Shown piece by piece: positions 33,412 to 42,940 of a DNA stretch of 64,000 nt. The stretch is from an uncultured Clostridia bacterium (GTDB taxonomy: Bacteria; Bacillota; Clostridia; TANB77; CAG-508): the NCBI GenBank assembly GCA_947627755.1, contig CANQXD010000001.1, positions 3,508 through 67,507 on the forward strand, read 5' to 3'. The first letter of the stretch is position 1; each line of letters starts with the position of its first letter. Below the pieces are notes generated by a model. The model was not told the origin of the DNA, ran no database searches, and saw only the letters and a program-made list of their open reading frames with translations. Made by a program: the position numbers and the translations under genes.

Positions 33412-34038
33412 TTAGTCTAAACTTGAATATGTTACAAATCTATGTGTTGCATGTCCTATACTATTAACAGGATAACAAGTATATAACATTAAAATTTCTT
33501 TGTCTTTTTGTATATATAATGCATCTTCTTCAGATTGATGAATAATTTTGGTTTCATCAACAGTATAGGTGTAATTACCATATACGGTATTTATTTGTAT
33601 TTTGGCTCCTACTTGTATTTCTGGCAATTTTCTTAAGAAACCTCTAGTATTGTGTGCCATATAAACTATAGAGCCACCTTCACCTGGGAAATAACTAAAA
33701 CTTGAATGTCCTACGCCATTTCTTAAAATAGAAAGAGAATCTCCATAATAAATTGGAAGATTAACTCCTAGGCTTTCTATAATAAGGGTTCCATAGCGAT
33801 CCCCTATTCCTGGATATGTTTCTAATTTATTATGTTCTAAATCTATTTTTACTTCACTTAATACTTCTTTACTTGTGTTGCTAGAAACTATATTAATTAG
33901 TGATATTGCCTGACTAATTTTTGATGAAAAAAGTAATGTGATTATGCTTACAAAGATAGCTACATATACAAAAGCAACTATTATATTCTTAATAGTTGCT
34001 TTTAGTAATGTATTCTTTTTAGAATAATGACTACGCAT
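33412..34038 (-). CDS. Sortase-family transpeptidase (small, class D/B-like).
   Basis: N-terminal TM. HN…R catalytic region and TLxTC-like motif LMLYTCYP. Confidence 0.6.
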   Translation of the reverse strand: MRSHYSKKNTLLKATIKNIIVAFVYVAIFVSIITLLFSSKISQAISLINIVSSNTSKEVLSEVKIDLEHNKLETYPGIGDRYGTLIIESLGVNLPIYYGDSLSILRNGVGHSSFSYFPGEGGSIVYMAHNTRGFLRKLPEIQVGAKIQINTVYGNYTYTVDETKIIHQSEEDALYIQKDKEILMLYTCYPVNSIGHATHRFVTYSSLD

Positions 34039-34561
34039 TAGCTCTAGCTTTCTTAACTACTACTGTTCCAGCAATGGCAATAATTGCTACACCAGCTAAT
34101 ACAACATATACTAAATTGTCGCTTCCAGTTTGTTGAACTTTTGTAATTGTTCCGTCTTCTTTAACTGTTCTAGTAATAGTTGCTTTTCCGTCTGGGTTTT
34201 TAACTGTAATATTATTTGTAGTAGTATCTACAACAACTGTAACGTTAACTTTTTTAGCTGTTGCTTGTACTTCTTTAACTAAAGCATCTTTAGCATCTTT
34301 GTCCATTGATTTGTAGTCAGTACCTTTGTATTCAGCTTTAATAGCATCGATGTCTTCTACAACTGCATTATATTCTTCTTCTGAAACATTTTCTGGTAAA
34401 GTATTTTTTACTTCTGTTTCACTAAGTTCTATATTAGCTTTTTTTGCTTCTGCAAGGATTTTTTCTACTAAATCATCTCTATAATTAGCTGCTTTAACCC
34501 CCGTACCAACTAACATTAAAACTACTACCATAAGTAATGAAACTATTAATGTCTTTTTCAT
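34031..34561 (-). CDS. Small secreted protein with a C-terminal sorting-signal-like tail. Probable substrate of the overlapping sortase.
   Basis: Signal peptide MKKTLIVSLLMVVVLMLVGTGVKA. C-terminus …VQQTGSDN + hydrophobic stretch + KKARANA. 8-bp overlap with the sortase gene. Confidence 0.5.
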   Translation of the reverse strand: MKKTLIVSLLMVVVLMLVGTGVKAANYRDDLVEKILAEAKKANIELSETEVKNTLPENVSEEEYNAVVEDIDAIKAEYKGTDYKSMDKDAKDALVKEVQATAKKVNVTVVVDTTTNNITVKNPDGKATITRTVKEDGTITKVQQTGSDNLVYVVLAGVAIIAIAGTVVVKKARANA

Positions 34562-34721
34562 TAAAAAATCTCTCCTTTCGTATGAATTTGAAATAATTAT
34601 ACCATTAAATATTTTTTTTGCAATACTTTTTTTAAAATTTTTTTATTTTTTTTTTATTTTTTTTATTTTTATAGTATTTTTCTAGCTTTCTAAGCATAAA
34701 ATTTTATAATATTTTTCATTT

Positions 34722-36461
34722 TTACATTCTATCTGGCATTTCTATACCCAATAAATTTGCTCCTGTTTTTAAAATATTTCCTACTATATAAGTTAAATAT
34801 AAACGAGCATCTTGAACTTCTTTTTCCTCTCCAATAATTTTATTGTTATTATAAAAACTGCTAAAGCTTTGGCTAAGTTCAATTAAATATCTTGCAAGAA
34901 TAGATGGCTCATTCTTTTCTACTACTTGCTTTAATGTATCAGCAAAATTTGCAATTGTTTTTACTACTGCATAAGAAGCATCATCTGCTAAAATATTTGT
35001 ATTTATTTCTTTATATTCTGGTACATATCCTGCTTTTTCTAGTACGCTTTTTGTACGTACGTAAATATATTGCACATAAGGGCCTGTTTCTCCTTGGAAG
35101 TTTAACATGGTGTCCCAATCAAATACTTCATCTTTAATTCTGCTATTTGATAAGTCATTGAAAATCACTGCTCCAAGTCCTACTTTTTTTGCAACTTCTT
35201 CTTTATTTTCTAAATCTGGATTTTTTTCTTCTACTACTTTTAATGCTCTTGATATTGCTTCGTTAAGCAAATCTTCTAGTTTGATTAAGGTTCCTTCCCT
35301 TGTTGACATTTTTCCTGTTTTTAGTCTTACCATGCCAAAAGGTACGTGTTCTAAGCCATTTACATATTTTTCATCTAAACCTAATAGCTTTGCTACTTCA
35401 AATACTTGTTTAAAATGTAAGTTTTGTTCATAAGCTACTACATAAATATCTTTATCAAAATCGTAGGTGCGTGCACGGTATAAAATAGCAGCTAAATCTC
35501 TTGTTGCATAAGTAGTTGAACCATTTGATTTTTCAATAATACAAGGAGCCATATTTTGCTCTGTTAAATCAATAATTTTTGCACCTTCTGATTCTACTAA
35601 TTTTCCTGTTTTCTCCAATTTTTGTATTACTTCATCCATTTTATCAGAATAGAAGGCTTCGCCATTCCAAGAGTCAAAATTGATGTTTAGCATATCGTAA
35701 ATTCTTTTAAACTCTTTTAAGCTTAAATCTCTAAATTTTTGCCATATTTTTGTGCAATACTCGTCGCCTTCTTCTAATTTTTTAAAGTTATCTCTGCATA
35801 GATTTAAGACTTCTTCATCTTCTTCGCATAATTTATTTATTCTTATATAAATTTTTGTAAGCTCATCTATTGGATTTTCTTCTACTTGATATTCTTCTCC
35901 CCAACGTTTATATCCTTCAATGATTTTTCCAAATTGTGTGCCATAGTCTCCTAAATGGTTTATTCCTATTGTATTGTAACCTAAGAATTTATATATTTTA
36001 TATAAAGCTCCCCCAATAACTGTAGAACGTAAGTGTCCAATATGAAATGGCTTTGCAATATTTGGAGAAGAATATTCAATTACAATATTTTTTCCTTCTC
36101 CCATATTAGAGTTTCCATATTGCTCTTTTTTAGCATCATATTCTTTTAATACTTCATTTATGAAAGTGTTGTTATTTACATAGAAATTGATATAGCCACC
36201 TACTATTTCTACTTTTGTTATTACGTTTTCATTCACTTCTAATTTTTCATTTATTTCTGTAGCAATCATTGGTGGTGCTTTTTTTAAGGTTTTGGCAAGT
36301 TTAAAACATGGGAAAGCATAGTCTCCCATAGAAGCATCTTTTGGCACTTCTATATAATTTTTTAATTCTTCTTTTTCTAGCCCTGTAGCTTTTTGTAAAG
36401 CTTGTGCAATTTCTTCTTTAAAATCTAACATAGTTTTCTCCTTGTGTTTTATTTCTTTCAT
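34722..36461 (-). CDS. argS: Arginine--tRNA ligase.
   Basis: HIGH motif (FHIGHLRS). 579 aa. Class I aaRS architecture. Confidence 0.9.
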   Translation of the reverse strand: MKEIKHKEKTMLDFKEEIAQALQKATGLEKEELKNYIEVPKDASMGDYAFPCFKLAKTLKKAPPMIATEINEKLEVNENVITKVEIVGGYINFYVNNNTFINEVLKEYDAKKEQYGNSNMGEGKNIVIEYSSPNIAKPFHIGHLRSTVIGGALYKIYKFLGYNTIGINHLGDYGTQFGKIIEGYKRWGEEYQVEENPIDELTKIYIRINKLCEEDEEVLNLCRDNFKKLEEGDEYCTKIWQKFRDLSLKEFKRIYDMLNINFDSWNGEAFYSDKMDEVIQKLEKTGKLVESEGAKIIDLTEQNMAPCIIEKSNGSTTYATRDLAAILYRARTYDFDKDIYVVAYEQNLHFKQVFEVAKLLGLDEKYVNGLEHVPFGMVRLKTGKMSTREGTLIKLEDLLNEAISRALKVVEEKNPDLENKEEVAKKVGLGAVIFNDLSNSRIKDEVFDWDTMLNFQGETGPYVQYIYVRTKSVLEKAGYVPEYKEINTNILADDASYAVVKTIANFADTLKQVVEKNEPSILARYLIELSQSFSSFYNNNKIIGEEKEVQDARLYLTYIVGNILKTGANLLGIEMPDRM

Positions 36462-36468
36462 ATTTTAA

Positions 36469-36540
36469 CAAAAATTATGTATAATTTCAATAATTTTTTG
36501 AAATATTTGAAAAGAGGTCTCTTAAAATAAGAAACCTCTT
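36469..36540 (-). terminator. Hairpin aagaggtctctt…aagaaacctctt between pfk and argS (possible terminator or attenuator).
   Basis: Inverted repeat read directly. Confidence 0.3.
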
Positions 36541-36550
36541 AAAATTTAAA

Positions 36551-36603
36551 GGGTTGTCCCAAATTGTGCCAAATGGGTCAATTGGGGACTGTCCCCAATT
36601 GGG
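36551..36603. repeat. REP-like palindromic element of the GGGAC family (ccaattgggga-ctg-tccccaattgg), immediately 3' of pfk.
   Basis: Perfect 11-bp stem with 3-nt loop. Sequence relatedness to the spoIIIA-embedded repeats. Confidence 0.6.
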
Positions 36604-36611
36604 AAAAAATA

Positions 36612-37751
36612 CTAATCTCCTAAGTTAATTCCTATGTCTCTTGCTGTTTTTACTAAGTCATGATCCATAGTTACAACTCTTACATTGCTTTCTTGTGTTC
36701 CACCTTGTACTGCACCAATTTCTTTATTGTTTCCTACAACATCTTCTAAATCAACATAGTCTAATTTTCCATCTTTTAAAACTGTTAGTACATTAAATTT
36801 TCCTTGTAATGCAAGTTCCATTGCTTTTGAACCATATTTTGTAGAAAGTACACGGTCAAATGCAGTTGGTGTTCCTCCTCTTTGCATATAGCCAAGAACT
36901 GTACATCTTGCTGTTAGTCCTGTTAATTTTTCTAGTTCTTTTGCTACTTTTTCTCCTGCACCACCAAGTTGGATGTTAATAACTCCTTCTCCACCATCTC
37001 GCTCATCTGCAACTGATATATCTCCACCTTTTGGGAATGCACCTTCTGATACAACAACAATGCTAAAGTTTTTTCCAATTTTTTGTCTTTCTTTTATCGC
37101 TTCTGCTGCTTTGTTAATATCATAAGGAATTTCTGGAATTAATGCAACGTCTGCACCTCCTGCAATAGCAGATTCTAAGGCAATCCATCCTGCTTCTCTT
37201 CCCATAACTTCTAGAACCATAATTCTGTGGTGTGTTTCTGCTGTAGTATGTAGTCTATCTAATGCTTCTGTGGCTACAGATACAGCTGTATTGTATCCAA
37301 ATGTAATATCAGTACATGCTACGTCGTTATCTATTGTTTTTGGCACACCAATTACATTTATTCCTCTTAAAGAGAAATCTCTTGCTGATTTTTGTGTACT
37401 ATCTCCTCCTAGTGTAAAAATGCAATCGAAACCATCTTCTTTTACGTTTTGTACACATTTTTCAGATAAATCTTGATATGTTACATTTCCGTTTTCATCT
37501 ACTACTTTATAGTGAAACACGTTAGCATTTGTAGAAGATGAAATAATTGAACCACCTTTTTGTAAAATACCAGATGCTGTATCTGCACTACTTAATTTTA
37601 TATAATCATTTTTTAGTAGTCCACGATATCCATCTATAAAGCCATAACATTCTACCCCATGATTTTCTGCTGTTTTTACAATGGCACGAATAACTGCGTT
37701 AAATCCTGATACATCTCCACCATTTGCTAGTATTGCTACTTTTTTTACCAT
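36612..37751 (-). CDS. pfk: 6-phosphofructokinase (PfkA family, long form).
   Basis: N-terminus KKVAILANGGDVSGFNAVIRAIV, GGD motif. 379 aa. Confidence 0.8.
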   Translation of the reverse strand: MVKKVAILANGGDVSGFNAVIRAIVKTAENHGVECYGFIDGYRGLLKNDYIKLSSADTASGILQKGGSIISSSTNANVFHYKVVDENGNVTYQDLSEKCVQNVKEDGFDCIFTLGGDSTQKSARDFSLRGINVIGVPKTIDNDVACTDITFGYNTAVSVATEALDRLHTTAETHHRIMVLEVMGREAGWIALESAIAGGADVALIPEIPYDINKAAEAIKERQKIGKNFSIVVVSEGAFPKGGDISVADERDGGEGVINIQLGGAGEKVAKELEKLTGLTARCTVLGYMQRGGTPTAFDRVLSTKYGSKAMELALQGKFNVLTVLKDGKLDYVDLEDVVGNNKEIGAVQGGTQESNVRVVTMDHDLVKTARDIGINLGD

Positions 37752-37910
37752 TTCTATTTCCTCCTATTTTTTGTTTTTTCACCATGTTATTTATTATATC
37801 AATTATTTTATTTTTTACAAGTGCATTTTTGAATTTTTATCTATAATGGTTATTTTTATTTTTGAAAATCCGCAATTTATATGCTTTAAAGTTAAAAGTT
37901 TTTTATTAAT

Positions 37911-38573
37911 TTATTTATTACTAATATGTATATTAGATATTTCAGTTTGCATTTCTCTTGCAATAATATTTTGAATTTGTGCAATTTGTTCTTGTTCTAA
38001 TTCATTTGCTCTTACTACAACACTAATACTTTTATCATTTACAAAAATAACTAAATCTTCAATATCTTTTGTTTTTATTAAATTTTCACATATCATAATT
38101 TTATTTTTCGTTTCATTTATTTTCTGTATTTCTGTTTGTGCAATTGCTTTTTGTGTTTCACTAATTGAGCCATTTTCTAGAATTTCTTGATAGCTTTCAA
38201 TCATTTGTGAATACATTGTTTCCCTATTTAAACGAGATGAAGAAAAATAATTGCTAGTAGTTGCCTGCGTTTGATTTTCTTTTAAATTATTTTCTTGGAC
38301 GGAATTATTCGATGTTAATGTACTTTGTTCGTTAACATTGTTTTCATTCATATTTGATGTGTTCGTTATTGGGCTTTGTTCATTTTGTTCAACTATTCCA
38401 TTGCTACTAACTAATTTTGCATCGCCAATGCCTGCCACTTGAAGATTAGCATCTTGCGCGCTAGTAGTAATGGTGTTTTCTTTTTGCCTTGTAGCAAAAT
38501 TCAAATATCCTGCTGAAACTAACATTAAAGCAACTACTAAAATAATAATTTGATTTCTTTTTAAAACTTGCAT
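37911..38573 (-). CDS. spoIIIAH: Stage III sporulation protein AH.
   Basis: Operon position and N-terminal TM. Start moved to the internal ATG (MQVLKRNQ…), which has an AAAGGAGG RBS at 7-nt spacing. The ORF-track start lies inside a repeat. Confidence 0.7.
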   Translation of the reverse strand: MQVLKRNQIIILVVALMLVSAGYLNFATRQKENTITTSAQDANLQVAGIGDAKLVSSNGIVEQNEQSPITNTSNMNENNVNEQSTLTSNNSVQENNLKENQTQATTSNYFSSSRLNRETMYSQMIESYQEILENGSISETQKAIAQTEIQKINETKNKIMICENLIKTKDIEDLVIFVNDKSISVVVRANELEQEQIAQIQNIIAREMQTEISNIHISNK

Positions 38574-38597
38574 TTTTATCCTCCTTTTTTCTTCCGA

Positions 38598-38730
38598 CTC
38601 CATTAGGGACGTTTCCTTTTGGTATATCTGTCCCTAATGGAACAATACATATAAATTTTATATGGTTATTATTATAAAAATGTACCAAAAGGGACAGATA
38701 TACCAAAAGGAAACGTCCCTAATGGTAACT
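38598..38730. repeat. Composite REP-like element. Two 45-bp arms in inverted orientation (38600-38643 and 38682-38729) are separated by a 38-bp AT-rich spacer. Each arm is itself a hairpin (ccattaggga…tccctaatgg).
   Basis: Direct reverse-complement comparison of the arms. Confidence 0.85.
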
Positions 38731-38829
38731 AAAGGTAATTAGTTTGCCATTTCAAAGACTTGAATTTTATGGGTAGCAAGGCCAGTAGCTGCTTCTACTG
38801 CCTGCACTATGTTTGTTTTTATGTTGCTA

Positions 38830-39363
38830 TCACTTGCTCCGGCTTGCTGTAATGATTGCCCCTTCTATTTTAGGCTTTATTATGCTTTGGGTTACTGGAA
38901 CTTTTTCACCATCTATTTCTTGATAAATGACTTCTTTTTTATTTGTAGTTTCGCTTATTTTGCGATTTCCTCCACTTGTGTCTGTTTCTTCTGTATCGCT
39001 TTTTGTGTTATCTTCATTATACATTGCCATTGTTTGACTACTTTGAGAATAGGTTAATAGCACTTCTACTTTTCCTACCCCTTCTATTTTTTGCAAAATG
39101 TTTTTTAGTTTTTCTTCTAAATCAGTAGAAGTTGTTTGTTCTACTTGTGGCTCTTGCATATTTTCTTTAGCTAATATTTTATCTGTTGTGTTTTGTAAAT
39201 TTTTATTTTCTTTTTTATCTGCAGACCACACACTATTTATTATGATAACTGTTATAATGAGAAGGATTATAAAAACTACCAGATTTTCTACTTTTCTTTT
39301 GCTATTTTCTCCTTGTTTGTTTGAAAATATTGCTTTTAGCTTCTTCTTTTGCTCTTCTAACAT
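38830..39363 (-). CDS. spoIIIAG: Stage III sporulation protein AG.
   Basis: Operon order. Single TM plus soluble domain. 177 aa. Confidence 0.7.
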   Translation of the reverse strand: MLEEQKKKLKAIFSNKQGENSKRKVENLVVFIILLIITVIIINSVWSADKKENKNLQNTTDKILAKENMQEPQVEQTTSTDLEEKLKNILQKIEGVGKVEVLLTYSQSSQTMAMYNEDNTKSDTEETDTSGGNRKISETTNKKEVIYQEIDGEKVPVTQSIIKPKIEGAIITASRSK

Positions 39364-39387
39364 ACTATTTCCTCGCTTTCTTTTGTT

Positions 39388-40005
39388 TTATTCAATGTTA
39401 ATTTGATTTTCGTTTACTTCATATACATTAGCTATATATTGTTTTATTTCTTTTTTCTCTTTTTCTGTTATTTGAACTTCTTGATTGCTTTCTATGTTTT
39501 CTTTTTGAGTATTTTCTCCTATTTGAATTTCTACCTTTTCAATTTCTATTTTGTTAGTAATTTTTGATTCTTCATTATTTTCTTCTTGCTTTTCTATATA
39601 AAGATTTATGCTATTTATTTTGTAAGTATTATCATTTTCTATTTCTATTTGTATTTTTTTTGCATTATAACCTTTTTCTTGTAGTTTTGTTTTCATATCT
39701 TTTTTCAAATTTGATATATAAATTTCTTTTATATTATTTTCATTTAATTTGTCTATATTTTTACTATCTACTTGGTAAGTTTCCATTTTTTTTGTGTATT
39801 CTTCCATATTAAGAATAGAAGATAATTCAAAATCAGAATGAAAAAATTGATTTACCACTGGTGTAATAATGTTAAAAACAACATAAACGCCTAAAACTAC
39901 TTTAATATATTTTTTGCTGTTACTATTAGGAAGTATCATTTCAATAATAGTGGATACAATAACAGCAATCATAATTCCTTGTAGCCATGAATTTAAAAAG
40001 CTCAT
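39388..40005 (-). CDS. spoIIIAF: Stage III sporulation protein AF.
   Basis: N-terminus MSFLNSWLQGIMIAVIVSTIIEMILP is SpoIIIAF-like. 205 aa. Confidence 0.75.
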   Translation of the reverse strand: MSFLNSWLQGIMIAVIVSTIIEMILPNSNSKKYIKVVLGVYVVFNIITPVVNQFFHSDFELSSILNMEEYTKKMETYQVDSKNIDKLNENNIKEIYISNLKKDMKTKLQEKGYNAKKIQIEIENDNTYKINSINLYIEKQEENNEESKITNKIEIEKVEIQIGENTQKENIESNQEVQITEKEKKEIKQYIANVYEVNENQINIE

Positions 40006-40114
40006 TTTTTCACCCTTTCTTTTTATTTTTAATTGTCTATGAATGTCATTTTTTATATGTAAATTATTTTTTCTATTTGAATATTATTTTTTATGTGTAT
40101 ATATACTTTCATTT

Positions 40115-41422
40115 TTATCTGTACATTAGTCCGCTATTAGAAATTTTCATTACCAGAGTTGTTCCTATAATTAGCATAACTGACAAACTGCATAAAATAG
40201 CAAGTAGAACTTTGAAAGTATCTCCCATCTGACCTAACAATTTTACAATTTTTTCATCTGCAATTGGCTCACAAATAGCCGAGCCTATATAATAAGTTAT
40301 CATTAGCATAAGTAATTTAATAATTGGTGTAATGCAAATTCCTATAACTACAATAACTCCCACAATACCAACTGCATTTTTTAAAATAGAAGTGCATCCA
40401 ATTACAGTATCAACTGCATCTCCTAAAATTTTTCCTACTACAGGAATAAAACTAGAAACTGCTGCTTTTGCTGTTTTAGCTGTAAGTCCATCTACACTAC
40501 TGCTTAAACTTCCTTCTACAGATAGTAAACTCACAAATAGCGTTAGAACTACACCTAAAGCCCACACAATACTAGATTTAAAAAACTTCGCTAATTTATC
40601 TAATTGCACATAGTCCGATATTTTTGAAACAATTCCTAAAACAGTAGACGCTAGTAAAACAGGAATAATAATATTCATAATAAAATTTCCTATAAAGGTC
40701 ACAAGGAACAGTAAAATTGGTTGCAGTAAATTTGCTGAAACAACATTTCCTGTTGTTAATACCAAAGTTATTAAAATCGGAATCAGTGTATTCGAAAATG
40801 CAACAAGATTAGAAACGGAGTCTTTTACCATTGATATAATATCTGCAAAATTGCTCATAATGAGTGTTACAATTAAAATATATTGCACATAATAACTAAT
40901 TTTTGCAATGCCATCGTTTCCTAACCCTTCACTAATACTTTTCAAAATACTATGAATAATAATTATAATCATAATGCTAGCAATTGTCTTCATAGAGCCA
41001 ATTGTTTCTTTTCCTAATACTTTTAAAAGACTTTTACCTAATGCTTTATTGTCTATATTTCCCGTCATAGCAGAACTTAATAAATCATTATAATTAGTAT
41101 CTTGAAATACCTCTGAGGTATATCTTTGGGCTTCTTCTATAAATTTTCCAATATTAAGAGATTCTTGTTGAGAAGTTAAAATTTCTTCTTGTGAAATCTC
41201 TGAGTAAGAACTTTGGTTGTAAGAGTTTTCTTGATTTGTAGCTATTTCTGCCCAGCAAGTAGTTGATTGAAAAAGAATGAGAAAGAAAATGAAAATGCAC
41301 TTACCTTTGGAGGTACCTTTGGGGACGTTTCCTTTTGGTATATCTGTCCCTTTTGGTAACTTTTGTACCTTTTGTGTTACTTTTTTGTGTATTGCTCTAT
41401 GTGATTTTCTTTTTTCTTCCAC
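40115..41422 (-). CDS. spoIIIAE: Stage III sporulation protein AE. The N-terminal 40 residues are encoded by a REP-like repeat arm. The GTG start at 41422 has an AAAGGAGG RBS.
   Basis: Polytopic membrane protein about 400 aa long, in the expected operon position. Residues …KLPKGTDIPKGNVPKGTSKG… are translated from the repeat. Confidence 0.7.
   Translation of the reverse strand: MEEKRKSHRAIHKKVTQKVQKLPKGTDIPKGNVPKGTSKGKCIFIFFLILFQSTTCWAEIATNQENSYNQSSYSEISQEEILTSQQESLNIGKFIEEAQRYTSEVFQDTNYNDLLSSAMTGNIDNKALGKSLLKVLGKETIGSMKTIASIMIIIIIHSILKSISEGLGNDGIAKISYYVQYILIVTLIMSNFADIISMVKDSVSNLVAFSNTLIPILITLVLTTGNVVSANLLQPILLFLVTFIGNFIMNIIIPVLLASTVLGIVSKISDYVQLDKLAKFFKSSIVWALGVVLTLFVSLLSVEGSLSSSVDGLTAKTAKAAVSSFIPVVGKILGDAVDTVIGCTSILKNAVGIVGVIVVIGICITPIIKLLMLMITYYIGSAICEPIADEKIVKLLGQMGDTFKVLLAILCSLSVMLIIGTTLVMKISNSGLMYR
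41301..41380. repeat. REP-like repeat arm (ggtacctttggggacgtttccttttggtatatctgtcccttttggtaac) with partial flanking duplications. Lies inside the 5' coding region of spoIIIAE.
   Basis: Sequence identity to the other copies. Confidence 0.8.
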
Positions 41423-41460
41423 ATTTATTCCTCCTTTGTGCCTTGGGACTTTTGAACTTT

Positions 41461-41848
41461 TTATGGTAAAATTTTTACCATTGTTTCTAAAAGTCCTGCA
41501 ATGATGGGCACTGATAATGAAACCATAATTACCTTTCCTCCCATATCTATTTTACTAGCAATGGCAGATTCTCCTGAATCTTTGCAAATGCTAACTGCAA
41601 ATTCTGTCAAAATTGCAATTCCAGTAATTTTCATAAGTAATGTGATAAATTCTTTGTGTATTGAAATTTTGCTTGCTAAACTATTTAGTAGTTCTATAAT
41701 GCCAGAAATTTTTGAAAAAGTTAATGCAAGAATAAGAGCTCCCGCAAGTAGTGATACATAAATGACAAATTCTGGCTTGTATTGTTTCAATATCATAATT
41801 AAAATTAAGGCTATTAGTCCAATGCCGTATTATTTTAACAACTTCCAT
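41461..41848 (-). pseudogene. spoIIIAD: Stage III sporulation protein AD with a +1 frameshift near the 5' end (extra C in …ataataCggcatt…, G at plus 41827). If the base is real, only the internal-ATG product (41461-41796, lacking the first TM) is made.
   Basis: Removing the C restores MEVVKIIGIGLIALILIMILKQYKPEF…, which aligns with the SpoIIIAD N-terminus (B. subtilis MQIDIVQIVGLGLIATFLSL…). The ATG at 41848 has a GGAGG RBS. Confidence 0.65.
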
Positions 41849-41956
41849 TTTTCCTCCGTTTTCTTTTTGTGCGGTTATTTTTTTGATAGTTAACTTATTT
41901 TTAGTAATATTTTCATTTTGGTAACTGTTATAATTTGCTTTATATTGGTTATTAAT

Positions 41957-42066
41957 GTACCAAAAGGGACATATATACCAAAAAGATGAGTTGACCGTTC
42001 GAGCGGATAGCGAGTTACGGACAACTTATGCAGAGGCAAACGTCCCCAATGGTACCCCCAACGGAA
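41957..42066. repeat. REP-like repeat arm carrying a nested 52-bp relatively GC-rich insertion (41984-42035, atgagttgaccgttcgagcggatagcgagttacggacaacttatgcagaggc).
   Basis: The flanks match the repeat consensus. The insertion recurs, inverted, at 43968-44019. Confidence 0.8.
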
Positions 42067-42068
42067 CT

Positions 42069-42263
42069 TTAAAGTCCAAAAATAGTTCGCACTGTGTCAA
42101 ATAAGGCACTTATTTCTTTTATGACCATACTTAGTACAATGACTAACCCTGCTAAGGTTGTCATCATTGCCTGATCTTCTCTTCCTGCACGTACCAGTAC
42201 TTGATGCAAAACCGCTACTAATATTCCTATCGCCGCTATTTTAAATAATAAATTGATATCCAT
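42069..42263 (-). CDS. spoIIIAC: Stage III sporulation protein AC.
   Basis: 64-aa two-TM protein. Sequence pattern typical of SpoIIIAC. Confidence 0.75.
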   Translation of the reverse strand: MDINLLFKIAAIGILVAVLHQVLVRAGREDQAMMTTLAGLVIVLSMVIKEISALFDTVRTIFGL

Positions 42264-42323
42264 TTTCTCTTTCCTTCCTTATAAGTTGCTTTTTTGTAAT
42301 TTTTTATATCATAATCTTATTTT

Positions 42324-42839
42324 TTATATCAAGATGATGACCATTGCTAATCCTACTGTTATGCCTAATGTTTTATACATTTTTTCACTTTTTTTGCTTT
42401 CTTCTTGTGCTATTTCTATTTGCTTATCTAAAAAGTGGTCAACTAATTCAATTTCGCTTACTTGTCCTTCTAAGTCTACTTTTCCAAGTAAGCTACTTAA
42501 TCCTTTTAATACTTCTATATCTTCCTTTTTCAAATTTGTATTTGCATTATCTAAAGCCTCTAGCCAAGCCTGTCCTGCTGGCAGTTCCTTCATATTTTTA
42601 GATGCTGTTTGAAATAAACTAGATATATTACTTTGCTCTTTATTTCCTAATTCTTCAAATATTTGTGGAATTGGCTGATATGTTAATTTTATTTTTGTAG
42701 CAAAAATAGCAAGAGAAGTTTTCATTTCTTTCAATTCGCTTACTCTTGCTTGATATTTTTTTGCTATGAGCACCCCTATGTAACTACTAGAAGCAAAAAG
42801 AAGTACTAAAATTACATATTTTATCATTTGCATAACCAT
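42324..42839 (-). CDS. spoIIIAB: Stage III sporulation protein AB.
   Basis: 171 aa, N-terminal TM. Operon position. Confidence 0.75.
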   Translation of the reverse strand: MVMQMIKYVILVLLFASSSYIGVLIAKKYQARVSELKEMKTSLAIFATKIKLTYQPIPQIFEELGNKEQSNISSLFQTASKNMKELPAGQAWLEALDNANTNLKKEDIEVLKGLSSLLGKVDLEGQVSEIELVDHFLDKQIEIAQEESKKSEKMYKTLGITVGLAMVIILI

Positions 42840-42940
42840 ACCTTGTCCTTTTTATTTTCTATCTTAATTATATGCAGTAGATTTTTGTTTTAGAACTATT
42901 TGTTGTTTTATAAAATTAAATTATATTTCATATTCTAGAT

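Noticed and set aside
34561-34722. Very T-rich tract with (T7-9A)n iterations upstream of the sortase-substrate gene, considered as a regulatory repeat.
   Set aside because: It is consistent with ordinary AT-rich promoter DNA of a low-GC genome, with no defined periodic unit.
38574-38603. 10-codon N-terminal extension of spoIIIAH (MESEEKRRIK).
   Set aside because: This stretch contains the gene's own AAAGGAGG RBS. The next ATG (38573) is at the ideal spacing.
38461-38706. 81-aa ORF (…LGTDIPKGNVPNGVGRK…).
   Set aside because: Its open frame lies over the REP-like repeat (38598-38730) and overlaps the start of spoIIIAH, so it is read as an artefact of the repeat.
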